In this document: positions 61,601 through 64,000 of the stretch, in pieces
Numbering within the stretch: the first letter of the stretch is position 1
Layout: every line of letters starts with the position of its first letter
Assembly (NCBI RefSeq): GCF_963676685.1
Contig: NC_092356.1
Location: 54,002,001 to 54,066,000, forward strand
Direction of reading: 5' to 3'
Origin: Mytilus edulis
Lineage: Eukaryota
DNA length: 64,000 nt
Translations under genes and position numbers: made by a program
The notes under the pieces: model-generated
The model's database searches: none
What the model saw: only the letters and a program-made list of their open reading frames with translations
What the model was told of the DNA's origin: nothing

Positions 61601-63339
61601 TCATAAAATGTATAATGAATAAATATTTAAAGCATAACATTGACCTACATGACGGGACATACATTACGCAAACAAACAATAACAAACACATATTAAGTAA
61701 GACAATTCTGAAACTCACAACACAACGTCACAAGAAACCACGTTTTTACGACAAACTCTGATTTAGAATATATAAAGGTACAATACAACATGTTAACGTG
61801 CTACATACCACACATAAAAGCACAAAACATTTCGTCTGAATGAATATCAACACCAAAAAAAAGACAACTCTAAATATTAGAGATTTTGAATAGATTTAAT
61901 GGATTGACAATGATACGATTACAATAGTAATTGTCCATTATGGTACACATTTGTCCTGATGTCCTGAAATTTAAGTTCCTTTAAAAGTCTACATGTATGT
62001 GGAAAAAATATTCAGATCTGATTTATAATTTCCACAAGAACAAAAAATACAGCATTTACTCCTAGCGTAATAAAGGTACACAATATTTGTTCAAGGCATA
62101 TCGCATTGTTTATTACAAAGTTTTCCAAGGAATGTCTGTAAGGCGAAACACATATATAGTTGACATATATGTGTGTCTTAATTTTCTACGACATCGTATT
62201 ATTCTTCAAAGTTTTTCCCCTTTTACACCGGTATTACAAAGACCTTTGATAAATTCATCGTTCTTTACGTCATTTTTCTGGGTTTTTTTTTCTTCAAATA
62301 AGATTTTTTTGGAGAACGTTAAGGTTATAAATATTAAAAATGAATGTGTTTGAAAGATGAGAAACAGCTGGAACCCATCTTGAGGCCTACAGTCTAGTGC
62401 TACAGTAGCCCAGGAATTAAAAATTAAAACATTATTTTAATGTAGTACATGTACTACATGCATTGAGATTTCAGATAATTGTTTGATACAATCAGAGTAT
62501 TAATTTTTTACAAAGAATAGTTTGTCCATTCCTCAACATAAATATGTTTTGTCAAACCAAAAACTGACAGTAAAATATGCGACTAGTATTTGCATATCAT
62601 GTATCACATAACTCAAATATAGCTTATATGAAAAAAAAGAATACAAATACTAATGTAAACAACAATTTATCAACATTTTAACATTTTACTATTTGTCCGC
62701 AAAGCAGTTTTTGTGATTCTCACTATGGTATTTACTTCTTGTCCGCTGAGCAGTAATTATGGTATTCACTCCGTAGAACACATTCCAGTAAAATCTTATC
62801 ACACTCACACAACTTTCTGTGGTCTGTTCCAAAATCATCTAAAATAAAAGACATCAAAAGATAGTTGCATTGAGAACTTTCAATTGAAGGCTCTTATGAA
62901 GTATTGTAATCGAATGAAGATTTTTACATGTTTTCACATCTTTTGCAGAAACTTATAGTAGATATTTGTGTCTGAAAGGTAATGAAAAGGTTGTCAATCA
63001 ACATTAAGTAAACAAAAATATGACTTTGAAATAAATCTAGAAAATTAAATATTTATCCCGGGAAAAAACATGTTTAAATTTGTTAATTTGTAAATCGTGT
63101 TTCAGCGGGATTGGAGTTTGATGTGGATCATTACATATTTATACTTGTTAATGTCGTTGAGGTTGTTTTTTATAAATGATGAACTCACCATCACATTCTA
63201 TAGTATTCTTCTTAAACTTATACTTGTACCAATCAGCATAATAATGTTTTGCTTCCAATTAACCATAACAGTCATCATGGGCTTTACAACACCTTTAAAA
63301 TAAAGAGGAACTCTTCCTTTAGAAAAAAAAACGACTCTT

Positions 63340-64000
63340 TGTGTGATAACATTAGTCATACATGAAAGATGTGATAACAATAGTCATACATGAGAGGTGT
63401 GATAACATTCATCATACGTGAGGTGTGTAACAACATGCATTGGTCATATATGAGAGATGTGATTGCATTAGTCATACATGATAGATGTATTAACATCAGT
63501 CATACATGTGAAGTGTGATAACATGTTACACATGAGAGGTGTGATAACAGTAGTCATGTACGAGGTGTGTACCAAAACAAGGCATATATGAGAGGTGTGA
63601 TAACATTAGGTCATACAGGAGAGATGTGATAACATAAGTCATACATGTAGATGAGAGGTGTTATAACATTAGTCATACATGAGAGGTGTTACAATATTAG
63701 TCATACATGTACATAAGTGGTGTGATAACATTAGTCATACATGAGAGGTGTGATAACATTAGTCAAACATGACAGGTGTGTTAACATTAGTCAAACATAA
63801 GAGGTGTTATAACATTAGTCATACACGAGAGATGTGATAACATTAGTAATACATGAGAGATGTGATAACATTAGTCAAACATGAGAGATGTGATAACATT
63901 AGTCATACATGAGAGATGTGATAACATAAGTCATACATGAGAGATGTTATAACATTAGTAATATACATGAGAGATGTGATAACATTACTCTTACATGAGA
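63340..64000 (+). repeat. 28-bp minisatellite running off the window end
   Basis: Unit GTGATAACATTAGTCATACATGAGAGAT. Confidence 0.95.

Overview
AT-rich, repeat-saturated eukaryotic DNA, most likely from a bivalve mollusc (Mytilus-like, inferred from the repeat families). No host protein-coding gene, tRNA, rRNA or CRISPR array can be supported. The window contains: (1) a decayed Ty3/Gypsy LTR retrotransposon (1-8015) with an internal integrase deletion; (2) a near full-length but frameshifted CR1/L2-group LINE (minus strand, ~39435-43150) whose ORF runs signal-peptide-like leader, 2A-like NPGP motif, PHD finger, APE endonuclease, RT; (3) a tandem array of ~350-nt type I hammerhead-ribozyme units (non-LTR retrozyme, 58535-59762) with one intact ribozyme; (4) Penelope-like RT remnants, a Helitron with duplicated 3' ends, Helentron-associated elements (HINEs), and hAT5-, Sola1- and EnSpm-like MITEs with visible TSDs; (5) several satellites and minisatellites. 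The least expected signal is a circularly permuted (P5-type) twister-ribozyme-like fold shared by two abundant interspersed repeat families. It is supported by compensatory changes in both pseudoknots and in P3/P4, and carries palindromes in place of a normal P1 stem. All structures were derived by eye and need computational and biochemical testing.
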